Part shown: positions 1 to 12,500 of the stretch, one piece after another
Layout: each line of letters begins with the position of its first letter
Numbering within the stretch: the first letter of the stretch is position 1
Source of the DNA: Styela clava
Taxonomy: Eukaryota
Reading direction: 5' to 3'
NCBI RefSeq assembly: GCF_964204865.1
Contig: NC_135251.1
Span: forward strand, 7,998,001-8,062,000
Length of the DNA: 64,000 bases
Position numbers and translations under genes: made by a program
Notes under the pieces: generated by a model
Told to the model about the DNA's origin: nothing
The model's database searches: none
What the model saw: only the letters and a program-made list of their open reading frames with translations

Positions 1-261
1 TGTTAAGTTACTTTGTCCCACTTTGTCAACCATCCATGAAGAGAAAGGATTTAATAAGCATCGATCATACGTGAGACTCACTATCTATATGTGCTCCAGC
101 AGTATCCCATACTTGGCAGTATGTTTTTTCTAACAAATTGCTATTGGGGGGGTCTATCAGTTTAAATTGAGAAATATGATATTGAAGCGTATTTTTAGTT
201 GTTGTAATTTGGGGAAACAACGACATGACCTTCCTGGTTAGTTTCATCGAGTTTGATATTG

Positions 262-575
262 GTTATTACTTATCGATTTTAATCGGTAAGTATGTTGATA
301 GGTATTTGTCTGTCTGTATGTCTGTTTGTCTGTTAGATGCACGCGATATTTCACGAAAGCGAGGTTGAATCTGCTCCAGATTTTGCATGTGCATTCATCC
401 TATTTTGGAACAGAAGCCTATTGATTGTGGGTGAATTATGTCGTATAATTAGCGAGTTATCAATTAATTAGTGATGGGACACAAGGTGTCACTATGGAGT
501 GAGAGCGCTGTTTTGGAGGATCCCCTAACTTTCGGCCGATAAGTCTTCGGTCTCTGACCAATATTCACCTTGGTT
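262..575 (+). mobile_element. Helentron/DINE-1-like non-autonomous element
   Basis: Begins ttattacttatcgat, carries a (tctg)n microsatellite and ends gataagtcttcggtctc. Homologous copies at 18736-19420. Confidence 0.65.
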
Positions 576-585
576 ATTAGTTATA

Positions 586-1220
586 CACAGGTCCATGAAG
601 TCTTAAAAAAATTTTAATTGCAAAGGAAATTTATCGATACCATATGTCAGGGGTGGCCAACCTTTCACATACCACGTGCCACGTTTTAAACATAATGTTT
701 CAGATGCGCCGTAAATCTCTTGTATTCCCACGCCTAATGTCCTTTTCTTGTTGCAATTATATAAATTTATAATACACACATATATATACACACGTATATG
801 TAGTTTTTACAATTTACAACTTCACATGAATAGAAATTAAGCAAGGAAGTATAATAAATAAAACTTTGAGCATTACGCAATAAAGCTGTTTTTAACAACG
901 AAGAGAAAAAGGTACGATTAAGAAGTAAATTTCGGCGTAATATTGTGACAACAGGCCTCTAGTATCAATATTTAAACTTCATTTATTTTCCTGTTAAAGA
1001 TGTAATGCGCCACCCCTAATCATGCAATGCGCCACGTTTGGCGCATGCGCCATAGGTTGGCCACCCCTGCCATATGTAGTTTGCTACCACTACAGATATA
1101 TTCAATGAACTGAGATCTTAATAAACCCTGGTTAAAAAACAACAAACCTGGTTAGGATATACTGAGAACTAAATTCCTGACAAACTTGAAATTGTAAAGA
1201 GACTTTATGGAGAGCCCGTA
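586..1220. mobile_element. Tc1/mariner-like MITE interrupted by a hAT MITE
   Basis: Matches the reverse complement of 53053-53251 once 648-1069 and one TSD copy are removed. Confidence 0.7.
648..1069. mobile_element. hAT MITE
   Basis: TIRs CAGGGGTGGCCAACC / GGTTGGCCACCCCTG with a perfect 8-bp TSD CCATATGT. Confidence 0.92.
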
Positions 1221-1694
1221 TAATTAGTTTGACAAAACATGGTATTGAAATGATCGGGAAATATTTTCTAAAACTGAGGTTGCCCAATGGACATAAATAT
1301 ATAAACAGTTCAATTCAATAATTCTTGAAATTTCTTTGTTCAATTCCTGTTAAAATTACCACCAGAATGTGCAAAAAAATGAATTACCGAGTATTTTTCT
1401 TCTACTTCTGTAAATAATGAAAAAGGGCACAATACGAGAGTTTGTTTAGAACTTGATCTGTTGAAATAGATCAAACTTTCTTTTACTGCCTATGTGACTA
1501 ATTCTATGAACCAATTGATGAAGTGGAATATTTTTTATATTTCTTTGTTTTCGTTACTATCGTAAGTTTCCAACCTCGAGAAATACATTTCGACTTGAGG
1601 GAGGGGCCGTTTAAGTGACGATCGTGATCGCATATTCTTATGAATTTCCAACGTTTCTGACACTCAGAAAATGATATTAGACTGCGGTGTTTTA

Positions 1695-1935
1695 GGATCT
1701 TTTGTACAAAGCCCCCGCCAATAATGCAAAATGTGAGATTTCAGAAAAACACCTCTGCTACATTTTGAAATGAAAATGTATTAGCTATCCAGTTGAGTTT
1801 AGGACTAGGAACGATTTGAAAATTTCCATCGCAATCTCAAATTCCATCTGCATCCCAAACTTTAACTGTATAATTTTCCTTTTTTGAGCGTTGGCGGGAG
1901 TGTTTTTGGCGGCGGAGGTTTTGTATAAAAGATCC
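1695..1935. mobile_element. MITE with ~25-bp TIRs
   Basis: GGATCTTTTGTACAAAGCCCCCGCC vs GGCGGAGGTTTTGTATAAAAGATCC. No clean TSD. Confidence 0.75.
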
Positions 1936-3048
1936 ATGTATTATACTTTTCCTCATTTTATGTTTGCTGGCGGAAAATGTGTCATGTATTTGTCTGAATG
2001 AAACATAAGTTCTGTGGTTACAGATGATATTTTAATATAAGCTAGTTCAAATAATCTGCAAATAACATTGGACAAAATTGAATCTGGAAGTGTGGTAACC
2101 AAACTTTTTGTGCCCTTATGTGATCATCGCAATAATTAACATAGGCGGGCATGGTTAGAGCTTGTTTTTAAATGTTTCAGAATTGATCATATTTGGGTTG
2201 ATTGGCATGATTTCTAACAAGTGAAACTGGTTTCCGGTAATATTCCTTTGGGATTGTGCCGTGGTATAATCGCCACTGTCGAATATAGATGCTTTGGCAT
2301 ATATTTGATTCTTTTTTGTTACAAGATTATAATAATTGAATTCGAGGAGCTATTGTGAGTCATTTGGTTTAAAACATGGATATTATGTTACAAGGGTTGA
2401 TGAAGAGGTTTTTGTAAAGTATGTATTTCATTCTTCCAAATATCAAAATTAATTTGGTGTTATCATTACCGGTAAGTAGAGTGATCATTGAATAGAACTT
2501 AATACATTTACTTGATATACAGAAATTTAGATACTGATACAAATCAAACGCGATTCATTGAAGTATGTCTTATCAAAAACTGAAAGAAACCTTTAGTATG
2601 GCCTAACCTTATCCTGGTACATAAATATGTATTTTATTCTGCAATTGTAGTAGTATACAAAAAGTCTGTGGGCAGAAAAGTATGTAAATCAGTGTGCAGA
2701 CCTCAAATAGCTCAATATTTTTAAATGTTCACTTGTTATTGTACATAGCAAATCAAAGGTTTTGAAGGTTTCGTAAATTTATTTAGAATCAGAATTCTAT
2801 CAGTTGGTATTTGCTCCAATAAATCCTATTATTTCTTTACTCTTGGAATCAATTTTTTTGTCAACAATCATATTCAGTGTGTCTATTTTATATAAATTAC
2901 TGCTGAGCCTACTTCAATAAGCTATATGTTGCATTTCTTACAAAGATCTAGACAGGAAATATGTAAGGCATCAAATCAGGCATTTATTGCTTATAATCAA
3001 AGTTAACAAGAAAACTTGCCTGATGCATGGACTATTTGTAAACGATAT

Positions 3049-3607
3049 ATATCGCCGGATGAGAACAGAAGGGGCCTAAGTCACATTTTTGGAAAATTGA
3101 CTTTCTTCAATATTTTGGGGTTTTGAACCATGCTCTACAAGGTGGGGGTCTTGAAATCCTGAATTTCTCAATAATATTAGTTGGACTCAAAACCTCAAGA
3201 TATTGAAAAAAGTTAGTCCTAAGTTTCAATATGATGGGCATAAACATCAGAAATGAAATGTCCAAAACTTACATCCCTAAAAATTTGTTCAGTGCAACTT
3301 AGGCCTAAGTCATCTTGTTTTACCTTGCATCCCATACAAAAAATTTCAGAAGTTGTTTAGAACAGAATGGGCCAAAATCCTTTATGGGGGTAAAAAAGCA
3401 GGAAGGAATTGAAGCTGGAATACAAAAGTGCCAAAAAATATTGATTACAATAATATTCTCATCCACATTAAAATAACCAGAGCTCAGGTCTTTACTAAGT
3501 GTGAATATCTAGAAATTCAAAAATGAAAAAATTCCAAATTGTTTTTTGTCTTTTTCTCAAAACTCAAAATTGTGACTTTGGCCCGTTCTGTTCTCATCCG
3601 GCGATAT
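3049..3607. mobile_element. MITE with ~40-bp TIRs
   Basis: ATATCGCCGGATGAGAACAGAA..GGCC..AGTCACA vs TGTGACT..GGCC..TTCTGTTCTCATCCGGCGATAT. Superfamily not assigned. Confidence 0.85.
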
Positions 3608-5161
3608 GTGTAATGTAATCAGAGTCAGGGTTGTGTCCGCTCTTAAAATAAGAACAAAAAATGTAATGGTCAAGTACAAAAATGATTTTACATGGGTCAA
3701 AAGTCGGGGAAACATCAATTGCTGACTCAAGATCACCAAAATTAGTCACGCAACAATATACACATAATGTCAGCTTTTACCTCAATAAGATCATCTGTAA
3801 AAAAGCGACCTTTACATCTCGGATCTGTTGCGCTCACAACATGCTTCCTGGTGCGGCCGCCCTTTTCGCACCCTTTTTTTGGGTAAGAGTGTTCTGAAGT
3901 GTTAGTTTGCGATTGGTCAACCCAACGACCTAAAAATTAGTTTACGTTGTTTCTCGTGCTGCTATATACCATGACGAGTACTTGAGAAGTTTTTCATAAC
4001 TTCAGTTAGCTATCATTGGGTACTCACTTTAAAATAGTCATATTTCACTTTTTATAGAGTTCTCCTATCCTCACAGAAAATATTAGAATAAATGCTGACA
4101 ACCATTTTATCAATATTTATTATCTTATTATGTTTATGACTGAGAATAATACATACTTCTTTCTGCCTTTCTGTTTTTAAAACACTCAATATCAAGTAAC
4201 TACTGTCGGTCTCGAAAAATTCTTGTCAAAAAATAGTATCTCTTGACATAAATAGCATATTGTTAGATTGTTTGACTGCTTGTATAGCGCAAGTACTTTT
4301 TCTCTCGACCCTAAAAAATAGTTTTAATTCCGTGCGAGCCAAGCATTCCATGATCATATTATTTTGTGGAAAATACTTGTAATTAAACATAGATTTCAAG
4401 ACTACTATTTCTTGCACAAAATTGTATAAAACTTGGCACAAAATAGTAAACAATTGCATTTATCTTGCCTAATGAGAATTACATGCTCTGTATTTAGAAC
4501 ACAACATATCAATTTGAGGTTTAATTTGAGAGAGCGCAACTTGGAGAACTTCTTCCACTTCTAATGTTGATCTGTATTTGTTTTTTTTAATATATGATAA
4601 TGCCAAAAACATCTTTTCACATCAGTAGGTAGTACGAACAGTTAAAGAACATTCATTGAAGCCCTTGACAACTCCAGATACTTATATTTATGGCAATTTT
4701 GAATTGTTTCGCGACGCAGAGTGTAAGACTGTAAGGTCTCGCGGCCCAAATGTGATCATGGGCCCCTGGTATAGAGAGCATTGTTGGAAACAGAAGGCGT
4801 GGAATGGGTGTCATATAAAAAACATTATAAAATGATTTACTTGAAATATGGTTAAACAAAATAATATTAATTTAGGAACAATTACCGGTATGTAAATGTT
4901 ACAAAGATTTTATGAATTGAAACTGTTTATGAAACCGTACGTTGTATAACAGATTTATTGGAATCTATGTTAGGTTTCATCGTACTTTGATGTTTTCTGT
5001 TTAGATTTGTAGCCAGTTTAGTTGAAGTTTATATCCTAGAACTTTGAAGATATTGTCGAAGAGTATTAGTAAATATCACATCGGATGGATATATTTTTAT
5101 GAAGCTTTACCAGATGGTTAACACATTGAATGTTGAAACTCTATGACATTGTGAAGCAAGC

Positions 5162-6512
5162 ATGATGTCTTATCAAAATGTAATCGCAAAAATTAATAAT
5201 AACACTGAAAAGTGCACTGACTTCTATGACTTTGCTGAATCTCATGGATATTTTGAGAGAAAACTAAATGTGAACGTAACTCCTCAATTGGAGGAAATTG
5301 ATTTTTATGGAGGTGAAAGAATAATTGAATATGATTATGTACCAAAGTCATCTAAACGACCGAAGCATCTAGAATGGGAAAGAGAAAGCGGGATCAGAAA
5401 AGAGACTCAACTGGATGAATTGTTTGACAACTTCAAACATGGTCATGTCTGTTTTGTGGGGCCCCCTGGATCGGGAAAGACAACACTCATGAAAGCAACA
5501 TCCAGAGATGTCATGCATGGAAAATATTTTCATAGAATTATCAAGATGGTTTCATACATAGAATGCAAACAATTTATGAGAAACAGTAAAGTAACCGCAG
5601 CGGAACTAATATTTAACAATCTCACAAAAGAAGAAAGAAGTCAAGCAATAGACATTGCAAAAACTCACCCAGAGGAAGTTTTGTTTTTGCTCGATGCCTT
5701 GGATACTTTCCAATATACTGTTGATGGAGTTTATGAAGTCATCGGCTTAGATGAGCCTGCATATCCTGAAGTAATAATGTGGAATTTTCTCTCTGGAAAA
5801 TTATTTCCTGGCTGTCGCATTATATCGTCCAGTCGTGAACATTCCATCAGAAATTTTTGGGGAGAAATTCGACCAAACAAGGTCATTGCACTTGCTGGAT
5901 TAACAATGAAGTCAATCAAAGAAATCATTTCTGGATATGAAGGAGATGAAGAGGCCGAGAAAATAATGGAATTTCTCAAGATTGAAGCTCCATTACTCTT
6001 GTTTCTGTGCACTACACCAGTGATGCTTGTTTACACATTGATAGCATTGAAATTCAAATCTGACTTCAAACCAAACACCATGAGTGGTATTATGATTGTG
6101 GTCATGCAAAGCATCTTACGATCACCCCACACTCACCAAGAGATTACTATGGAAGTGTTGGGCAAATTAAAAGATCTATCATACATTGGGACAATAGAAC
6201 GCCGAGTTCTATTTACAGAAGATGATTTTCGTCAAGTTCATCTAAAACCAGAAGAAGCAACCGATCTTGCAATCCTGGCTCCTGGAGGAATATACCGTAA
6301 AGTTTTTCAAGGAATCCACCTTCTTTACTTTCAACATCAAACTTTTCAAGAAATGCTCACATCATTCTATATTCTTGGACTGGATTTAAAAACGTTCAGG
6401 GAGTTTGTGGATGAACATCTTCATACGGGTTACTTTGTTTTCGTCAGAAGAATGATCTGTGGATTTTTATTAAATACCAGAGTTTATAAAGCAGCAGGAA
6501 TTTTACTTGAAG
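5162..6512 (+). CDS. NLR exon 1: NACHT NTPase with helical and winged-helix domains
   Basis: Walker A GPPGSGKT, Walker B VLFLLDALD, sensor-1 IISSSR, LCTTP (GxP-type) motif and WHD motif YFQHQTFQEML. Donor GAAG/GTATTG at 6513. Confidence 0.93.
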
Positions 6513-9500
6513 GTATTGTGATGTTTATTGTTTAACTTGGATTAAAATTCAAGCTGGTGCCATTTTTTTTATTCAAATCCGAGATTAGTTAGATATTGTC
6601 ACTTCAATAGGTATTGTTAAGTCACTTCAAAGTTTGATATATTACATAAGAGACCTTGTTCATTGTTTATCATCTACTTTGAAATAGTTTGAATTTTTTC
6701 AGATGTGAATATTGGTTTGTTTGAATTAATAACTAAACAGTACAATTGCTTAGCAGTTAAAGTATTAAACTTTTTAAGTGTATTGGCATTGTAGGTTGCT
6801 CATTTCAAGAAACAGTAATCTTATATGTAGCTTAACAGCATGAGTTTGTACAGAGCATTGTTCGGAGCCACATTTATTAATGCTGTAATTCTTGGCAATA
6901 GGGGCAAAAGTTTAGATGTTGCTATTATGTTCTATTGCAAAACAAAAAGTAGCCAAGTCTTATTATGACACATCAAGCATTATTATTGCTCATTTTACAC
7001 TGGATTTGAACTAAAGCTTTAAGCTAGGGGGGAATCTGAAGTGCAGTGACAAATTATTATTACCCAATACATTGATAGACAATGGCTAACTAGATTAAAC
7101 CTTCCAATCACTAGTTTAAAAAAGATGAAAGTTGATGTTATTTATATGTCAACATTACTGAATGGTAACTCATTATTCACTCATACGCAGGTATCATCAG
7201 TATAAATATATTTTTATATTCCCACAGAAATTACGGATCTTGAAGAAAAACGAGATATTTTCAAGAAAAGTCTGCAATCACAACTCAAAAAAATATCAGG
7301 CGGATCAGATCTTCTGGAAGTTTTCACTGCAATGAACGAAGCCAAGGATGGAATGAGTGACATTGTCAAATCATCTCTTAATGAAATTAGCATGACTGGT
7401 CATCCTCTCTCCATCAGCGATATTCATGTCATTGGATCAGTAGTTTCTTACTGCACATCACTAACATTGGATTTCACTAGATGTGATCTCAAGTCAGCCT
7501 CACTTCAGACTCTCGCATCTGGATTAAAAGGATCAAATGCGAAGGTAGAATTTCTAATATTAAATTCTCAAAAAAAAATTCATGTTTATGTTTTTACCTT
7601 AAATAAGGCTTTAGACTAGTAGCGTATATTTTGAGAGTTACTACAATATAGTTGAATTTCACCATATATTAATTATATGTTGAATTCTATATCAAAATAT
7701 TTTGGTTTGAAAGTGTTTAATGAATTGTCACACACAGAAAGTTGTGGTGGACCTGGTTTTAAACCTGAAATCTGTGGTCCGTGGTACAAACGCAATTAAT
7801 ATAGGTATATTTCTTATTTGGTAAATGCTTACTGACTACATGGTATGTGCAAAACAACATGGAGAAGATTTTTTAGCATTAATTTCTTTATGTTGTTTTA
7901 TTGTGTCTTGTCTTTGAACAAGACTCCAGGCACTGATCTTTAGCGAACTATGATTTACCGACGGCTATCGCTAACTGGTAGAAACGATAAATGTAAAAAA
8001 AAAATGTCCTTGTCTCTTTGCGTCATATTTTCCAATTCCTAATTTTGCATAAAGCATGCCAACACCGTTTTTGTGAATTTAGAAACGTCGAACCAGATAA
8101 GTAGGATAGGTAAATAATGTATTTTATAGAAATTTCTCGCGATATTGGGAAGAAATATATATTATTTTGACCACGTAGAAATGCTTTTATTGCCGATTTA
8201 TTCATGTGCTAGTATCAGTGTTTTAACCCCAAGCTGAGTTACGTAAATACTCAACACTGAGTATTCAAGAGATTGCCAATTTGCAGAGCTTTTAATTATC
8301 ATTTTATATGAAAGTAACACCGACACGATCTAAAATTAAAGACATGAAAATGTCAACCATCCGCTTCACAAATATCGCATCCCGGGGTCAGTAATGTTAA
8401 TATTGTCCGCTTAGAATTGGGACCGTAATTTACAAACTGCGGTTCAAATCCTACACAGAAGATAAAAATGAGAATAAAATTAATTTGTGTAGTGAATGCA
8501 CTCCTTAATAGTTGTCTCTAACATATTCGCCGATGTGAACTAACAATTCTGTCCGACATATAAAAACCAAACTACGATATCGGCCGTTGCGTGAGAATTA
8601 ATATTTATATAAAAAAGTGATTTAATATAATTTAACAACATTAATTGGAATATCGGCCGCTGAAAAGATCGCAGTGATCAAAACTTTACTGCAGCTTTCG
8701 ATTATGAATAAATTATGAAATAAAAATCGCCGCATTGTTACGGAGTTTTCAGTCTTCAAGTAGAATCCGAAAAAACAAATACTTATTGTCACGGTGATTG
8801 TTTCGGTGGCCGTCATCCAAATTAATGTTTAAAATGACAATACTCATTATTCGGTGTTGGTTGAAAATATTCGAATATCTCTAGTAAAAAAATACGATTT
8901 TACCTGTCACTAATCACGGCGCATGTAAATAATCATTGAATGGCAATAAAAAATCAACTTAATTAACAATAAATTTCAAGTAATTGTTTCACATTTAATG
9001 CATTTGATCGGCGCTACATGCGAGCATGTTGTTTGTAAATATAAGCCATGATGACTCTTCTGCAGGGGTGGGTAACATACCGCCCTCGGGCCGCGTCATG
9101 CCCGCAACGAGATTTTGACCAGCGCGCTGACTGTTTTCAACCACACTCTGTAATGTGGTCCGACGCATCATTCATGAAAGTTGCCTATCACTCTACTCTC
9201 ACCGCACTGTCAGTGCAAGATGGTGAAATAAACAATTGCCCTAGTGAACAAACAATTGCGTTAGCACACTTGTTAAACAAACAATATAAGGTCAAAGCAG
9301 AGAGCGTTGTAAACATTCCCCACTACTGTTATTGGTTATATTTAGATTCTAAATATAAATAGATTTTAGATTAGGATTTTTTTAGATTTAGATTTTTTAT
9401 ATTAAGTTTAATTAACCATGGAATACCCCAAGAAACGTGAAGTTGACACAGAGAGGGGTCGAGCATGTAACAAAGATTGGATACCGAAGTATTTTGAAAT

Positions 9501-12500
9501 AGGACTTGCAAACTCACTAAAAAACACCTTAAGTCAAAGAGAGGCGGGTTACACGTAACTGTGGAATTTGCTGTGAACGATCATGCATTTCAGTTTATTA
9601 AATGCATTTTTACGTCGTCGTGAATAGCACTTTTGGTGTAATGTTTTAATTTCACCATAACCCCCTCTTGGGAAAATCCTGGCTATATCATTCAAATATA
9701 ACCAACTATATATTACACTTCCTATTAATATCAGATTTGCTATACTTGTTATATGATCATTTCGTTCAACCAGTATTAGGTTTGCTTAATATGTGTTCAT
9801 GGTTTAAACAATTTACATTCCTTTACCCTCTGGAATGTTTCATTGGAGTCCCGCTCCATCAAAAAGGGGTCTGTCCATGCTTAATTTGTTGATGATTTTA
9901 CCATTTTAATTTAATTTTAAAATATTTTTTCGTTCTTTGTCCAAGGTTTAAAATTTTGCCATTCTAATTGAATATTGAGTGGCATTCCATTTTCCACAAT
10001 CGGCCCAACAAGATTTTAAAACAGTTTAAATATGATCTTAAATTGTTCTTTCATTATAGATCATGAAGTTGTGGCTGAATAAAAACACAAACATGGGAGT
10101 TGAAAGTTTAACATCAGTTGGACAAATACTTTCCAATCAATCCTGTGTTGAAGAGTTGGGCCTTGGCAACTGTAACTTGTCATCAGATCAACTACAAGCT
10201 TTCAAATCCTCGATAGGCAATAGAACAACGGTGAGTTACAATGGTCAATCCATAGTGAACTTTTCTTGAATTTATTGTATAGCACAGTCTATGGGTCACC
10301 TGAAAATCTTTTTGGGTCGCTTGTTTTAGAACCAGAAATTATTTCCAGTAAATTTTATTGTTTTTTTCATATTTGGTATTGTAATGTTTCTCAATAGTAA
10401 TTTTACATGTGGAAGGTATCACAGCGTTAAAACTTACTAGCAGCTATAAATAGTAAATGGCAGCAGCCAATAAATAGTAAGTAAAAATAATTGTTTTATT
10501 TTAATCATTTAAATCTGTGGCCATAAAAGCACTACATGCAGTTTAGTGTGTGAGAATATCCTTGGATCGCTTGGTTTTTCAAAATTTATTTTTTTTTAAA
10601 AAATTTAGTCACTTGAAAAAAAAAGATTGGGAGCCACTAGTATAGCAATCCCTGTAATTTACAGTTACCTCTGTCATGCAAAATGCGGAGTCAAATAAAA
10701 AATTATTTCAGCTGATTTGGAGTCAAGTCAATTAACTCTAAATTAATTTTTTCATTTATTTGATGATTTCGGTAAGTAGGGAGATAACATCTCATAACTG
10801 GAATATAATTGAACTTTTAAAGAATAATTTTTGGGGAAAAAGACTAAACTTAGGAATTCGGTGTAGATTTTGGGGGTGCTAAAGTTACAGGCACTTGTGT
10901 TATGGTTTTTATTATTTATTCAATAGTGTAGTGTTTTACTTTCTGCTGAGTACAAACAACAATATCCTTGATGGTTGTCTCATATAATCTCTGGTGGGCA
11001 ATGTTGGTTGGTTAGCTGCAAGGGTTATACTCTTGAATATTTGTCATGCATGAAACATCACACAATTGATCATAAGCATAAAAATAGGGTACTTTGAAAT
11101 CTATCAACCTAAAGTAATAATACCTTGAAATAGGCCATGTTAATATCAAAGTAAATATTTCAATATTTTTGTTCTGTTTTATGAGTATTAATAAATTCAT
11201 AATTGCTCCATCATTCATTTTCATGCAGTTGTTAACATGGGATTCAACTTTTGTGAATTTACATATTTTAATTCTGATATGTCTAGTTTTTTCAGATTTT
11301 GTTTTCAAATTCCACGGTATTGGCTATGGAATATTAATGGTATATTTTTCATCAAAAACTACTTTCAGTTTGAAAATGTTCATAATTTTTTATTTCTCAC
11401 TCATTAAAGAATCATTATGGATTTCCTGATTCATCAATTATTCTTGTCTCTTTATAGCTCATGAAGTTGTACCTATATGGAAACACAAACATGGGTGTTG
11501 AAGGTTTATTATCAGTTGGACAAATACTTTCCAGTCAATCCTGTGTTGAAGAGTTGGGCCTTGCCCATTGTAACTTGTCATCGGATCAACTACAAGCTTT
11601 CAAATCTTCAATTGGAAATAAAACAAAGGTGAGTTACAATGATCAATTTATAGTAAACTTTTCTTGAATTTATTGTACAGTACATTCTAAGGGTCACCTG
11701 AAATTCTTTTTTTTTTTTATTTATTTTTTGCAACACAAATATTTTTTAATAAAGTTCACTGTATTTTATCTTGGTATAGTAGTGCTGCTCAATAGTTATT
11801 TTATATGTGGAAGGTATCATAGCGTTAAAACTTAGCAGCAGCCATTTTGTTAAAATAAAACCATGCCACAATTTCAAAAAATTGCTTTTGGCAAACAAGT
11901 GAAACTTTCTTCACTAGTGCAACTTTGAATTAATTTCTGTTGAAATAAATAGTATGTAAAAATGATTGTTTTATTTTAGTCATTTATCTTTGTGGCCATT
12001 AAAAGCACTTAATGCCGTTTAGTATATAAGCATATAATTGGATCGCGGGGTTTTACAAAATTAATTTTTCTGAAATATTTGGTCGCTTGTGGAGAGGGTG
12101 GGAGCCACTACCACAGCAAATCATGTAATTTATAGTTACAACTGCCATACAAAATGTGGAGTTATATAAAAACTATTTGAGCTGATCCAGAGTCGAGTCT
12201 AAATTTTTCATTTATTTAAAGATTTGGGTAAATAGTAAGGTAACATCTCACTACTGAAATATAATTGAAGTTTTGAAGAATAATTTCATGGAAAAATAAT
12301 TAGCAATTCGGTGTAGGTAGAGAGTTAAAACTACAGGATATTTTTATGAATGCTAATTCCGATATTCCAATAGTGTGATATTCGAAAACTTTATTCGGTT
12401 TGGCCATCCCTGGTCACTCTCATGCAACATTTTTATTTTTATACTGACGTAGTGTTCTACCTTCTGCTGAAAACAAACAACAATTTTCTTGATAGTTGTC

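Noticed and set aside
3905-4060. ATTGG, TATATA and TTTCACTTT (IRF-like) motifs as a possible NLR promoter
   Set aside because: Short motifs are expected by chance in AT-rich DNA, and there is no TSS evidence.
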